Source of the DNA: Lytechinus pictus
Lineage: Eukaryota
NCBI RefSeq assembly: GCF_037042905.1
Contig: NC_087252.1
Location: forward strand, 11,162,001-11,226,000
Length of the DNA stretch: 64,000 nt
Direction of reading: 5' to 3'
Shown here: positions 14,901 to 26,212 of the stretch, piece by piece
How positions within the stretch are numbered: the first letter of the stretch is position 1
Layout: every line of letters starts with the position of its first letter
Position numbers and translations under genes: made by a program
Notes under the pieces: model-generated
Database searches by the model: none
The model's input: the letters and a program-made list of their open reading frames with translations, nothing else
Told to the model about the DNA's origin: nothing

Positions 14901-15570
14901 TCAATAAATCTCAAGTGTTCAATCCACGGTGTTTATCCCCTTCCCCCTCAAGAAAATTCCCGACCCATTACACTTTCGTGTATTTTACGCGATTGGCGTC
15001 ATGAGCGTTATATTACTCCGGTAAAGAAACGCGGCTTCCTCAATGCAATCTAAAGTTCCATCAGCACCTTTACATAATTCTCTACACACAGATCAAGCTT
15101 TGACTTGGCGATATAAAGAGATTGAAATGCAAACGGGAATAAAAAGTTGTGAAAAATCCATACAATGTCAAACTTTAGGAACAACCAAAGAAAACATAGG
15201 TCCTAACCATGTCAAAATTTGAAAGGGATCTCCATTTCAAGCATGCTAAGGATTGCCCTGGGTGTATAGATGTTGGATGAGTCGCAATTTTGAACAAGAG
15301 CCTGCCCTGAGACCAATTTTTCTACATAGGCAACTACGTGTGTGGACGCAAATCTCAGAGGAGAAAGAAAAAAGTATATTCACCTAGATAGCCTTCCGAC
15401 ACTGCTAGATTCAAAGCACTCATTCCACTTTCATCCTTAGCGTTGATGTCGACACCATTCTCAGGGCGGCCATCGATCAGAAGGGTGATGGCCGCGACGT
15501 CGCCTTTCGATGCAGCCAAGAAGAACTGTTCCTGCGGAGTTAGGTCTACTTCTGTATCATCCTCCCCCAT
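57..15570 (-). CDS. TRPC-like cation channel gene A, 5' part (10 coding exons, ~646 codons in window; continues beyond the left edge)
   Basis: Exons 15384-15570, 14715-14830, 13120-13233, 12037-12243, 11011-11100, 9794-9919, 3324-3511, 2601-2746, 1291-1436 and 57-676 join in frame at GT-AG sites. Product has ankyrin repeats (EQFFLAASKGD, GDAMLRAVD, HPDVTPII), a TRP_2-like segment (LQRSVGTLEVYGGLASEAY...DPIDRAF), FVAHPNCQQ and TM S1-S5. Confidence 0.9.
1291..1436 (-). CDS. gene A exon 9 (S2-S3: IAWKEVQLAYLWGIKK...IYQEM)
   Basis: TRPC W.E......G motif; TAG/GTAAG. Confidence 0.85.
2601..2746 (-). CDS. gene A exon 8 (S1-S2: YVKFVMQAGADFTLL...LLLFVL)
   Basis: TAG/GTGAGT boundaries, phase-consistent, hydrophobic. 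Confidence 0.85.
3324..3511 (-). CDS. gene A exon 7 (FVAHPNCQQ...pre-S1)
   Basis: Hallmark TRPC motif; 188 nt, same length and phase as the gene B exon. Confidence 0.92.
3561..3852. mobile_element. Two adjacent short Harbinger-like MITEs
   Basis: GAGCGTTTCAT/ATGAAACGCTC pair and GTAACACAGAG/CTTTGTGTTAC pair, CAG flanks; relatives at 35062-35223 and 50953-51082. Confidence 0.65.
4571..6812. mobile_element. 2.24-kb non-autonomous TIR element
   Basis: 13-bp TIR CATATGGAAAAGT; absent from the duplicated copy of its flanks (empty site near 7528). Confidence 0.75.
6107..6392. mobile_element. Nested palindromic MITE-like unit, TTAA-flanked
   Basis: TTAA-TCGGGTCAAGATCACACTTTTC ... GAAAAGTGTGATCTTGACCCGA-TTAA. 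Confidence 0.6.
6813..7900. repeat. Tandem duplication, ~718-bp unit
   Basis: 6813-7180 recurs at 7531-7900, and 4223-4569 recurs at 7181-7528, near identical. Confidence 0.92.
8488..8810. mobile_element. hAT-like MITE
   Basis: CAGGGGCGGAAATC/GATTTCCGCCAATG termini; 8-bp TSD TCAAGGCT/TCAAGGTT. Confidence 0.75.
9794..9919 (-). CDS. gene A exon 6 (ITTVLT...AIQYEQRK)
   Basis: Matches TRPC AI.Y.QKK motif; CAG/GTAAG. Confidence 0.85.
11011..11100 (-). CDS. gene A exon 5 (VEFKVRYLELADRMEKLAAELVSYARDSEE)
   Basis: Matches the TRPC EF..Y..L...R..E helix; CAG/GTAAT. Confidence 0.88.
12037..12243 (-). CDS. gene A exon 4 (TRP_2-like region)
   Basis: MLLEADLLIP...DPIDRAFTLCGTMKRIALLE; TAG/GTAAC boundaries. 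Confidence 0.88.
12655..12869. repeat. Interspersed repeat (Helentron/HINE-like); inverted copy at 51169-51376
   Basis: Shared GAGCGGA.CAATTGTCGCCGGAG.AAATGT..GGAACC end and TAGGGT-like internal repeats. Confidence 0.55.
12875..13103. repeat. (CAT/TAT)n microsatellite
   Basis: Trinucleotide run; similar tracts at 2860-3050, 11325-11415, 13575-13735 and 51740-51820. Confidence 0.95.
13120..13233 (-). CDS. gene A exon 3 (DESGRMAIINCRCESSDIHPDVTPIIRAAQLNSFAIVK)
   Basis: TRPC ankyrin motif; TAG acceptor, GTAGG donor. Confidence 0.88.
13343..13575 (+). mobile_element. Same SINE family, headless copy
   Basis: CGTGTTTTCCTTCAGCAAGAAA..CACATTGTGCTGCACTCAAC core, followed by (ATT)n. Confidence 0.65.
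13741..14606. mobile_element. CACTG-ended MITE inserted in a (TAG)n tract
   Basis: TA-CACTGTAAAAAAAAT ... ATTTTTTTTACAGCG-TA. Confidence 0.6.
14715..14830 (-). CDS. gene A exon 2 (VMYPLLEANVHIGDAMLRAVDADFHEAVRVLLQFADEK)
   Basis: Homologous to gene B exon 2; AAG acceptor, GTCAG donor; not in the ORF track. Confidence 0.8.
15384..15570 (-). CDS. gene A coding exon 1 (MGEDD...EGYL, ankyrin repeat)
   Basis: ATG at 15570, donor G|GTGAAT, phase 1. Confidence 0.85.
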
Positions 15571-17924
15571 TTTGCTTGGATTTTTGTGCGGCTAGTCCAG
15601 GACTAGCCTTTTATGATGGATCTTGTCTTGTCTGGTGAAGATCTGCAGCTGTTGAGAGCAATCACGAAATTGGGAGATGTTTGATTCGAGTACCTAATTC
15701 TAATAATGTTTCACTCCCGGTTGCTTTGTGTATGTAATCCCCCCCCCCCATTATTTGTAGGTTCGTATCTGTAATCAGTTAGTAACCGTTGATGTTGATT
15801 CATATATTCAAATAAATACCATTTTGTAACTATTGATGTTGATTTCTATATTCAATAAATATTCGTCGCTAGCTATCAAAAGCTGAAAGATTAAAAAATA
15901 ATGCTCGTTGCACTCCATTAAAAATTAACAATAATGAATAAACACTAAATAATGGAATTATCAAAGAATAATTAGTCAACCCTATCCCCCTCTCTCTCCT
16001 CTCTTTCTTCCCCATCACTCTCTTTCTATCTTTAATCAGTGATATTCTGTTATATAAATGCATCTTCCTCTCATTGAATACCTTTCGTTTTCATCAACAC
16101 ATTTATACCACCGTTTCATCATCTATAAGTATCTAGATTGGACACCACCATCCCCCCCCCCGCTCTCTCAAAGGGACACACACACAAACCCACATCCTCA
16201 AACACTACACACTCCTCTCCCCTCCCAAATATAGTGTAAAACATAAATATAAGCCTATAAGTACGTTTCATGTTTTTGAAGTGACTTACTCCAACAGTGC
16301 CGTAAGGAGCTTAAACCTTTGAAGGGGGGGGGGGGCTAGATATGGCGTATCGCGCAAAACTTATAAAAGTGTTTCGAGGGAGCAAAACGAGCGAACAAAA
16401 ATTTTGAAATTTTTATTACAAAATCCAATTTTATTTTTATTCATTTATTTATTTATTTTATTAATTTTTTTTGGGAGGGAGGGCAAGAGCCCCCAGCCCC
16501 CAACCACCATCTGTACTCCAATTACGTATAACTATTTTGATGAACATCATGTGAATGAACAATGACTTTTATGATGAAGGCCTACATGCATACCGTCCCA
16601 CATATATATTGATATTATCGCATCCTCCCATACATTCTGTAGAACTGAATTTCTATTATGAAATCTTTAGGGGGAAATCCAGATCTGAATGGGTTCCCCA
16701 AGGCTAATCTGTATAACATGGGTAAATAATGAGCATAGTTTTAGAAAAAATGTATGGAGTAGAATTGTCTGCGAAACAAACTCAATCCCATCGCCTAGTT
16801 CATTAACATGATTACAGTGCATTTTGCGATGAAATATAACTAAAGGGCATCCGTAAATAAGCAAGTTCATTCGAAACACTTATGAATTTTGTAATTCAAA
16901 CACTCACTATGTAAACCGCGAAATGTCAAGAGCCACGGCACTTGTAGTTTTAACTACTAGTATAATAATAATAACAATGCGACTGTTTAAAGTCAAATAT
17001 ATGGTACCCAACAGATAGGCAAATGCTTTGTCACTGTACGTTTTCGTGGAATAAATTGCTGCAATAATATAGAACTTAACTCGGTCGAAAATTTTCTTGC
17101 AAACTTTCAGAGGTTTTTGACCGTCAATGTAATAATTTTTTGTCGCAATGGCTTGCACCAAAGTTATTCATGTTTTATATTCAAGGAAAAAATAAAACCG
17201 GCTTGATAACATGTTTTGGTCTTTATTTCTTAAGAGAGACACTCTATATATTTTTTATTTATAACTATTGAACAATTTTCGTGTTGTTTTTCGTAAAAGA
17301 ATATGCATCACAATGATCACGATTAAGCAGAAGATTTATCAGACTGCTTCATTTATCAACATACACACTCACTAAGACACACATCCCTTCAGGGAACCCC
17401 ACACCCACCCACATTCACTAAGATCACCCCCCATTAGACTAACATTAACACCATCAAACATATATTTTACACATAAACAAACATACCAAACACCCTGCCA
17501 TGCCCGAACACACACACACACACCCTCCCCCACACACACCAGCTCACATGAGCTTCACAAACCTTAACCCACAATAATTTACGTAAACAATCCTCCACGG
17601 ATCTCACACCCTAATACCCCACACCCATAGATATATGGACCCCCTCCAAACAACTTTTTGATTAATGAAGCTGTTCGGTTGAATTTGAGACTATTAACCG
17701 GGATGACGGATGATTAGAAGTTCCGTTATAATTTTATAACAGAATACCAGCATCATTCCATAAGCAGCGCAAGAACTTTAAGTTTCGGGATATAGCACGA
17801 AATAACCCACTTCATTCTCCTCGTTCCGTCTTTGACATGGACATGCAAATACGTAATAGGTGCGGGTAGTACACGTACATGTACATGTCTAATGTTGTCC
17901 CTTGTTCAACGAATTTAGGGTTAA

Positions 17925-18506
17925 AGGGATAGTCCGGGCTGAAAATATTTATATCTTAATACATACAGTAGAATTCACTGAGCAAAAGGCCTTAAAATTC
18001 ATCAAAATCGGATAGCAAATAATAAATTTATTGAAGTTTAATGTTTAGCAATATTTTGTGAAAACAGTCGTCATGAATATTCATTAGGTGGGCTGATGAT
18101 GTCACATTCCCACTTTCCGTTTTCTTATGTTATTACATACAATCATATTTTTTTAATTATTTCATACTTGTGTGAATAATATGTCTCCTTTATAATGAAA
18201 TAAGTTGCAGCAATAAATATCTAATGCACTAAGTCAGTGGTCAATCCAATTTTTCTAGTTCTTGGAGGAAAAAAATTGAATGAACCTAATTTTATATAAT
18301 AAAATACAAAAGAACAAGTGGGGATGTGACATCATCAGCCCACCTAATGAATAGTCATGACGACTGTTTTCACAAAATATTGCTAAACTTTGAAATTCAA
18401 TAACTTTGTTATCTGTTATCCGATTTTGATGAAATTTTCGGCATTTTGCTCAGTGAATTCTACTCTATTTATCAAACTATAAATACTTTCAGCCCGGACA
18501 ATCCCT
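17925..18506. mobile_element. TTAA-flanked palindromic MITE (Kolobok-like), copy 1
   Basis: TTAA-AGGGATAGTCCGGGCTGAAA ... TTTCAGCCCGGACAATCCCT-TTAA; arms ~190 bp. Confidence 0.85.
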
Positions 18507-19040
18507 TTAATATCATACTCTCAAACCCACACCCGCACCATCCCACACAACTTCCCCATGTACCTCTAGGCCCTACGTGATGTAGAATCTATCTCGGTTG
18601 CCCCGTCATGCCGACTCCTCTAGTTTAGAAACCCTCCTCTTATCTTTAAATTTGCATGATAATTGCGACACGCTCAGCCCTGATCTTAGAATTATGGAAA
18701 ATAATAGCTGCATGTCGTTGAAGCTGTCATATTCTGATTACTTCCCGACGGCTATTCTATACCCGGATGCGCCAGTAAGCAATCTCTTGTTTCAAGGAAA
18801 GGGTGTCATTTTATCAGGTCACCTAGAAATTGTAGATTATCCCACATTGCTTTCTTTACAAGAACACTTTGAGTTCTTCGTTCTATCACTATTTCGTCTT
18901 ATTCCAAGGGCGTTTAAACTATATATATATATATTTACATATTGTAAAGAAATGGATGAAGAGAACAATGGTAGGCGTAGCTTAAATCAAGGTTTCCCAG
19001 AGCTATCTACCCTTTGGAAAAATTGGTGATGCCGAAAAAA

Positions 19041-19112
19041 TGTCTCTGCCGGGAATCGAACCCGGGCACCCAGCTTTGAACGCCGGTGTCTTAACCACTA
19101 GACCACAGAGAC
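19041..19112 (-). tRNA. tRNA-like gene with UCA anticodon (Glu-like body, short variable loop): candidate opal suppressor or repeat-borne tRNA
   Basis: GTCTCTG TG GTCT AGTGGTTA AGAC A CCGGC GTTCAAA GCTGG GTGC CCGGG TTCGATT CCCGG CAGAGAC A folds with 7/4/5/5-bp stems; A and B boxes intact; followed directly by TTTTTT. Confidence 0.75.
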
Positions 19113-19417
19113 GGGTTAGTGGCTAGGGCGACCCCGATCCGATTGACCGTCAGATAGACAGATTTTCGACATCATACCAATTATAATTTCCTTTGTACAT
19201 GTATAACTTCACACATTTATATATATATTTATATATATATAAAGTTTTATGTAAAGTTGTGTGCTCCATATTATTTTGATTAATGAAGCTGTTCGGTTGA
19301 ATTTGAGACTATTAACCGGGATGACGGATGATTAGACGTTCCGTTATCATTTTATAACAGAATACCAGTACATGTACATGTCTAATGTTGTCCCTTGTTC
19401 AACGAATTTAGGGTTAA

Positions 19418-20004
19418 AGGGACTGTCCGGGCTGAAAATATTTATATCTTAATACATAGAGTAGAATTCACTGAGCAAAGTGCCTTAAAATTTCATCAAA
19501 ATCGGATAGCAAATAATAAAGTTATTGAAGTTTAAAGCTTAGCAATATTTTGTGAAAACAGTCGTCATGAATATTCATTAGGTGGGCTGATGATGTCACA
19601 TTACCACTTTCCGTTTTCTTATGTTATTAAATAAAATCATATTTTGTTCATTATTTCATACTTGTGTGAATAATATGTCTCCCTTATAATGAAATAAGTT
19701 GAGTTGCAGCAATAAATATCTAATGCACTAAATCAATTGTCAATCCAATTTTTCTATTTCTTGGAGGAAAAAAATTGAATAAACCTAATTTCATATAATA
19801 AAATACAAAAAACAAGTGGGGATGTGACATTATCAGCCCACCTAATGAATATTCATGACGTCTGTTTTCACAAAATATTTCTAAACTTTAAACTTCAATA
19901 ACTTTGTTATTTGTTATCCGATTTTGATTAAATTGTCGGCATTTTGCTTAGTGAATTCTACTCAATTTATTAAGCTATAAATATATTCAGCCCGGACCAT
20001 CCCT
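19418..20004. mobile_element. TTAA-flanked palindromic MITE (Kolobok-like), copy 2
   Basis: Same family as 17925-18506, same left flank. Confidence 0.85.
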
Positions 20005-20899
20005 TTAAACTCAGAGGTGGTTCGGGGCGGGGGGGGGGGGGGGCACATCCGGCCCACGGCGGCCCCCTTGACAGGCACCATCCTTTTTTTAGTAGAATAT
20101 GTAACATACATAGGCAATTGAAGATTTTATTTGCTTGTCAAATTGTCCATGGATCGAAAAAATATCGATTTGTTAGTGGAGACTTTTTTGGGGGCTCGTC
20201 AAATCGAACCTTTTTTGGGAGGGTCAACAATTTCCTGTACAAAATGCCCCCCCCAAAAAAAAAAATAAATAAATAAATAAAAAATCCGGCATCCGGCCTG
20301 ATAAAACGCACTGCTTTAAAATAAAAATAATATTTCTGAGAAAATCGCATAAAATATTTACAGTGTAGTTTTCACATTTTATCCAGTATCACAAAACACA
20401 AATTCGAATCAAGATGTTGTCCAGGTGGTGCTGCACTAGCTGACACTGACAAGAAAATACTACAAGGTTAGAATAAAACGTGTATATTTTCCTTGAACAT
20501 AAAACGCGTTTTGAATTTGAACATTTTACTTTTCTTTGAAATTACCACGTACGAAAAAAAGCTAAAACGTTCAATTCAGAAACATGCCATATAATCATAA
20601 CAAGGATAGATGTGAACATTAATTGTTTAGAAGGTAAATTTGAGATATTTGATAAAAAAGCAATGACTTATTTAATTTGTTGGCATATTTGGGATAGCAA
20701 AAATATACTCCGGTGATTGGCTTTAAAAAGTCATGTGACCATTCTGATTTCAGTTTACTATTACTTTCTATCCATGTATCTATATATATATATAATTTTC
20801 TTTTTTGGCTATTTGATTTTTTTTCAATTCAGCTATCCGTAGTATTTGATTAAAGATCCCCACCTTTTCTGATATATATATATATATAAATATGTGTGT

Positions 20900-20931
<32 letters not shown>

Positions 20932-20956
20932 GTGTGGGGGGGTGTTAGTATGCATA

Positions 20957-21437
20957 CAGTTGAGGCCAGAAGTTTACATACACCCAGGAAATTCAAAGAA
21001 AATTAGACACTTGCCAAACATCATAAAATTGACTATATCTTATAAAGCATTTGTGCTATATCATGACGAATTTGATATCAAACAAATGAGTATATCATGC
21101 CCCTTCATCACATTCCTTTGTCATTAGGAGCCGAGCTGACAAATATTTAGGTGTCATTTCCCCCCCAAATCGTCATATTTTAGACAAATTAAAAATAAAA
21201 ACTTGACAAAAACATTTCATATCTGTGCGAGTTACTTCTCAACACAAACATTTAAGATTACACTTTTTTGTTCGGTGGTGACATTTCATGTATAAAATGT
21301 AATATAAATCATAAATTTTACATTTATATATTTCTATGAAGCGATGTTTAAAAATATGATGTCAAACAAGAGAATACATTTGGCACGAATATTCCTTTTT
21401 TTTTCTTAAAAGAAAATTCCACCTGAAATATACTTTA
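20957..21437. mobile_element. Truncated Tc1-like MITE (left TIR kept)
   Basis: TA-CAGTTGAGGCCAGAAGTTTACATACACC; body matches 37980-38334. Confidence 0.7.
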
Positions 21438-22354
21438 ATATAATGTACTATATATAATTCATATATATATCTGTGGGTTTATGAATAACTCAAACTGTGT
21501 AAATAAATAAGATAATGATAAAAAACACGAACCTCGTAAATCTTGGCTAAATTTCCTAGTATACCCTATTCTGTTCTTGATTACACTATATACATGTATA
21601 TTAAATATTTTCCCAAATACCTTATCGCAGCTTTGCTCATTTTTGCAAGCGACGAGCATGAAAAGAAGGCAAACATAACTTAATGGTCATATTTCATTTT
21701 TTATGATCTACACCAACCATGTAATACCCAATTATTGTATCTGGACATTTTTGTTTGTTTCCCTCGTCATTCAGTTGCATTTTGTATGGCTTTTGAAACC
21801 AATATACATTTACATCTGATAATCATAATCCTAATTCTGATTGAGCAGGAGACAGGAGTATTCATATAAGTCAAAATTTCGCTGTTAAATGAGTCGTGAA
21901 ATTATTTCATATCATAGCTGGGTGATTGGTCATTATATTTCGTTCTGACAGCGAGGTGCATTCTATGCTGTGGTGAGGATGGATATATAATAGATAAAAG
22001 GAATGATATCATTCTATTTACCAAGGATAGCAATTTCAGTCATGCATTTGGTCTACTAGTTGGCACTGCAGTATTATTACCCTTCTCCAATCGTAACGCT
22101 GAGCGCCTATTATGAAATCAGAAGATAACACTTTTATAGGTCTTTGGTGCGACTCAAACGAGGATTATCAATTTGTTAATATCAATTATCAGATTGTTTA
22201 TCAGTATGTTTTCGAACAAAAAATAAAAAAACTTGGCTCTTACTCATATTATAAACGAGAATCAAATTTGAACTAGACAAATCAGCACTCCGAAGTGCCG
22301 TCACTATACACGCTCTTTAAGAGCCTAATTAGCTCTTCGTTTTTTAGAGTGTAT

Positions 22355-22560
22355 AGTAGCTACCTCTCCAATCAATTTAATTGTATTAAACATGATATCT
22401 GCTTGTCAAAACCTAAGAAAATAGTTTGTAGAGTTCCACAGGGGTCCTTGTAAGAGTCTTTGTCAAGTGGATCAATTTATCTAATGAAATCAGAAATGCA
22501 CCATCCTTAAATTGCTTTAAGATAAAACTGAAAAAAAATCTTACCCCCGGTCTCTATGTT
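22355..22560 (+). mobile_element. Small, internally deleted LINE relic
   Basis: VPQGS-like codons (gttccacaggggtcc) and a LINE ORF2 C-terminal-like stretch (EIRNAPSLNCFKIKLKK). Confidence 0.4.
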
Positions 22561-23244
22561 GAGTGATTTGCTTAGTTTCAGTCACTGTGTTGCTTGATTG
22601 AAATATCGGTAATCCTTTATGGTTAAATATATGCTTTCAAATTTAATAAATTTTGCCTCGTGATGACCATTCAATCAGGTTATGACGTAAGTTTTAAACT
22701 TTAAAATTTTATTTAAAAATGACGCAGTGACGCGAAATAACTTTCCTTTTGTATATGAATTATAAAAAAAGAAAAATGATAATGCAGCAAAAAAACTAAG
22801 TGGAACGGAAACCCGTTGACAATAGCGCAGTGATATACATATTTGAAAATATAAACATCATTATAAGAAACAGATAAAAACATTGAGGAACAATTGCCGC
22901 ATGATCGCATTACTTAGACAGAAGACCTACCAGAATCCAAACCAAATGTGGTTTCATAATTGCAATCCATTGCAAAACTTACTGGGATACGGAGCCTGAC
23001 CTAGTTAGTTTAATCTATCCGAATGTTACGTTGATCGGTATTATTTACCAATAATGTCACCATTACTAAGAACGCGATCAACCCTAAAATAGGGGGGGGG
23101 GGGTGCAAAAGTAGCAGAGACAGAGGGGCATGGTTGTTGACGGTAACGGGGCCAAATGGGAATACCCCCCCCCCCCTACTTCCAGGACCCATATACACAA
23201 ACAAACCTAAAAACATGACTAAAAACCATAAATCATACTAAATT

Positions 23245-23485
23245 CATCGTTGTTCAATGTGAGGAACGTGGGTTCGATTCCCAGCCATGGCGTGTTTTCC
23301 TTCAGTAAGAAATTTACCTATATTGTGCTACACTCAACCCAGGTGAGGTAAATGAGTACCTAAAAATGTGTGAGCACCGTAATCGGTAGACTAGCTCAGC
23401 CTGGGTAATATAGGAACGCCATGAGCGCCTAGTAAGGCGGATACGTGCTCTTTACAAATCCTATATTATCATTATTATTATTATC
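23245..23485 (+). mobile_element. Same SINE family, 5'-eroded copy
   Basis: B box, CACTCAACCCAGGTGAGG core, (ATT)n tail. Confidence 0.7.
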
Positions 23486-23659
23486 GTTTATTAAAAATCA
23501 TGAGTAAAAATTAAGGGCTACTATTATTCTAGTCAAATTTGACATCCTTCAACATGACTATACAATCAGATCTCAAACATCAAACCACCTCCCACAGCGA
23601 TTTGTCGCCCTTATTCTTCAGACTATTTGATTATTGAGACGGTATGGTAAGTATGTGGG

Positions 23660-23935
23660 GGTGTCGAGGTCTAGTGGTTATGACTATCGTCGTTCAATCT
23701 GAGGGACGTGGGTTCGATTCCGAGCGATTTCCTCCGTCAAGAAATTCACCCACATTGTGCTGCACTCAACCCAGGTAAGGTGAATGGGTATCGGGTAGGG
23801 AGAAATTCCTCGAATGCCAGAGCGCACGTAGAGCAGCACGCCTATAGCCTTATTGTAATGATAATAATAATATCATTATTGTAATCCGCAGCTGAGTATA
23901 CACATGTAGAAATTGCGCAGTATAAATGTACAATT
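23660..23935 (+). mobile_element. tRNA-derived SINE with Deu/Nin-like core
   Basis: A box GGTCTAGTGG, B box GGTTCGATTCC, core CACTCAACCCAGGT..AATGGGTA, (ATT)n-like tail. Confidence 0.75.
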
Positions 23936-24094
23936 ATTATTAAATGTGTATACTATGGCTTGAAGTAGGGATAGAATACTATCCACTTATTATTTCTCAT
24001 CAATATTTTTCATCACAAAAACTCTGGTCAGTTATATTCTATCGATTAGACAAAAGCATTATTAGAAACAACAGATTACCATTATGAAGACATG

Positions 24095-25527
24095 CAGTGG
24101 CGTACCGTGGGTCACGGCATTGGGGGGGGGGGGGGGCACCAGCAAAAATTTTGAGTCACTTAAAGAGCGCGCGAAGTGTGCTCAGTTGCCAGGTATACTG
24201 ACATAATAGAGACATTTTTAGGACAGTGCCATTAAACGGATATGTATCTCACTGATCACATAATGCGAGCGCGAAGCGCGAGCTGAAATTTTTTGAAATT
24301 CAGACCTAAAAAGGACATTATAAGCAAATTTTTGTAATCATAATACATACCTGTCTCGCTAAACAAACCATGCGAGCGCGAAGCGCGAGCTGAAATTTTT
24401 GTATAATTGACCCCAAACAGGGACATTTTAAGGACTATATTTTAGGAATCCATTAAGAGTATACATATCTCACCATAGTCATCTATTGTGAGTGCCAATC
24501 TCTTGCTGATTTTGTTAGAATAATATACATCTAAACACATAAAGCACTTTTTGTAATCATTGTAAACATGGTTAACATACGCATCTCACTAATCAAATAT
24601 TGCGAGCGCGAAGCGCGAGCTGAAAACTTAGGAAATTCAGACCTGAAGAGGGACATTTTAAGGCTTGTTTGTAGGAATTCACGAAGATCATACGTATTTC
24701 ACTAACAAAAATATGCGAGCGCGAAGCGCAAGCTTAACTTTTTGCATATCATTGACCCAAAACAGGGATATAAGGACTATTTTTTTAAGGAATCCATTAA
24801 GAGTACATATCTCACCATAGTCATCTAATGCGAGTGCCAAGCGCATGCTGATCTTGTTAGAATTACATGTAAATGACACATGAAGCACTATTTTGTAGTC
24901 ATTGTAATCATGATTATCATATACGCATCTCACTAACCAAATGATGCGAGCGCGAAGCGCAAGCTGAACATTTTTAATTTTCAGATCAGAAAAAGGGACA
25001 TTTTAACAACTGATTTTGGGAATTCATGAAGAACAGACATATCTCACCAATCCACGAATGCGAACGTAAGCACGGACAGGAAATGGTTTATATTAAGACC
25101 TTAAAATGGGGCAATCACTTTAAGTAGTCATGAAATAGAAGCATATGTCACTACATAAACAATAATAATTCGAAGTGCGAGGAAATATATTTGGTGTATA
25201 TTGACTTAAAAACGGGAGGTTTTAGTACAACAGGATTATATATCTTGTTAAACATACAATGCGAGCACCAGGAACAATGAAGACATAGGCCCTGCGCAAA
25301 TTATGTTTCATAAAGTTATAATTTTTTTTAAATGTAATATAATATAACATAATTATAACATAATATAACATTATAATTAACAATGACTTCTTCTTTCCCC
25401 ACTACATTTCTCTCCCTTTCTCCCTCTTTTTCTCCTTTTCCCCGTTTTTTTTTTTTTTGGCCAGCCGATTGGGGGGGGGGGGGCACGTGCCCCCCCCCAT
25501 GCCCCCCCCCCCGTAGTTACGCCACTG
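24095..25527. mobile_element. hAT-like non-autonomous element with internal ~115-bp repeats
   Basis: CAGTGGCGTA/TACGCCACTG TIRs, 8-bp TSD AAGACATG/ACGACATG, repeated TGCGAGCGCGAAGCGCGAGCTGAAA. Confidence 0.85.
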
Positions 25528-26212
25528 ACGACATGGATGTCAATACATAAACAAACAGTTTGGCAAGAGAGATTTATTTCTCTTCACATATAAAATCTAA
25601 TATATAGTATTTGCAAAATTACTACATTTGTCGTAGGGGATATATTATCTTCATTTCGTTTCTTTATCTTTTTAAAGTTATGTATTATTGTTTATCAATA
25701 TCTCTACTATGCCAATTAAAATATTAAACGTAATACGTTTGATCTGTCTGGAGCTTCCATTCGGTCGTGAGACTCTGGTATATACTACCCTGATATTAAC
25801 ACACATTAAATGACGAGGTTGGAAATATGATCCCAAATCGCTGTACAAATAATCATCCTTGAATATATCAAAACAACGTTTGTTCCGACCAGCAGACTAA
25901 TATCCACCTAATACTGAATCATTCAAATCTACCAGAATCTATTATAGTATAAATTCTAATTGTTAAACTCTCTCACATACACACTTTCTCTCTCTCTCTC
26001 TCTCTTCCTCTTTTTATCTTTTCTTTATTCCCATCTCTTCCGTGCTAATTTCTGGTTCGACAGAACTCATTGTTTGTATGTTATTTGGCGGCATGTATTT
26101 TCAATTTTGGTTTATCATGATGGGGATGAATGTCATAATTTGATACATGCGCCCCCAGCATAATAAACTACCTCTCTATGTGTTTTGATATTTTTTATGA
26201 TGTAGAATTTTA

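Noticed and set aside
18598..19029. 143-aa ORF next to the tRNA
   Set aside because: TTG start, crosses a (TA)n tract, no recognisable homology.
19041..19112. tRNA-Sec call
   Set aside because: 7-bp acceptor stem, 4-bp D stem and 4-nt variable loop do not fit tRNA-Sec architecture.
24260..25075. CRISPR-like repeat-spacer array (TGCGAGCGCGAAGCGCGAGCTGAAA)
   Set aside because: Spacers are ~90 bp and homologous to each other, the array lies within hAT-like TIRs, and there are no cas genes in this eukaryotic context.
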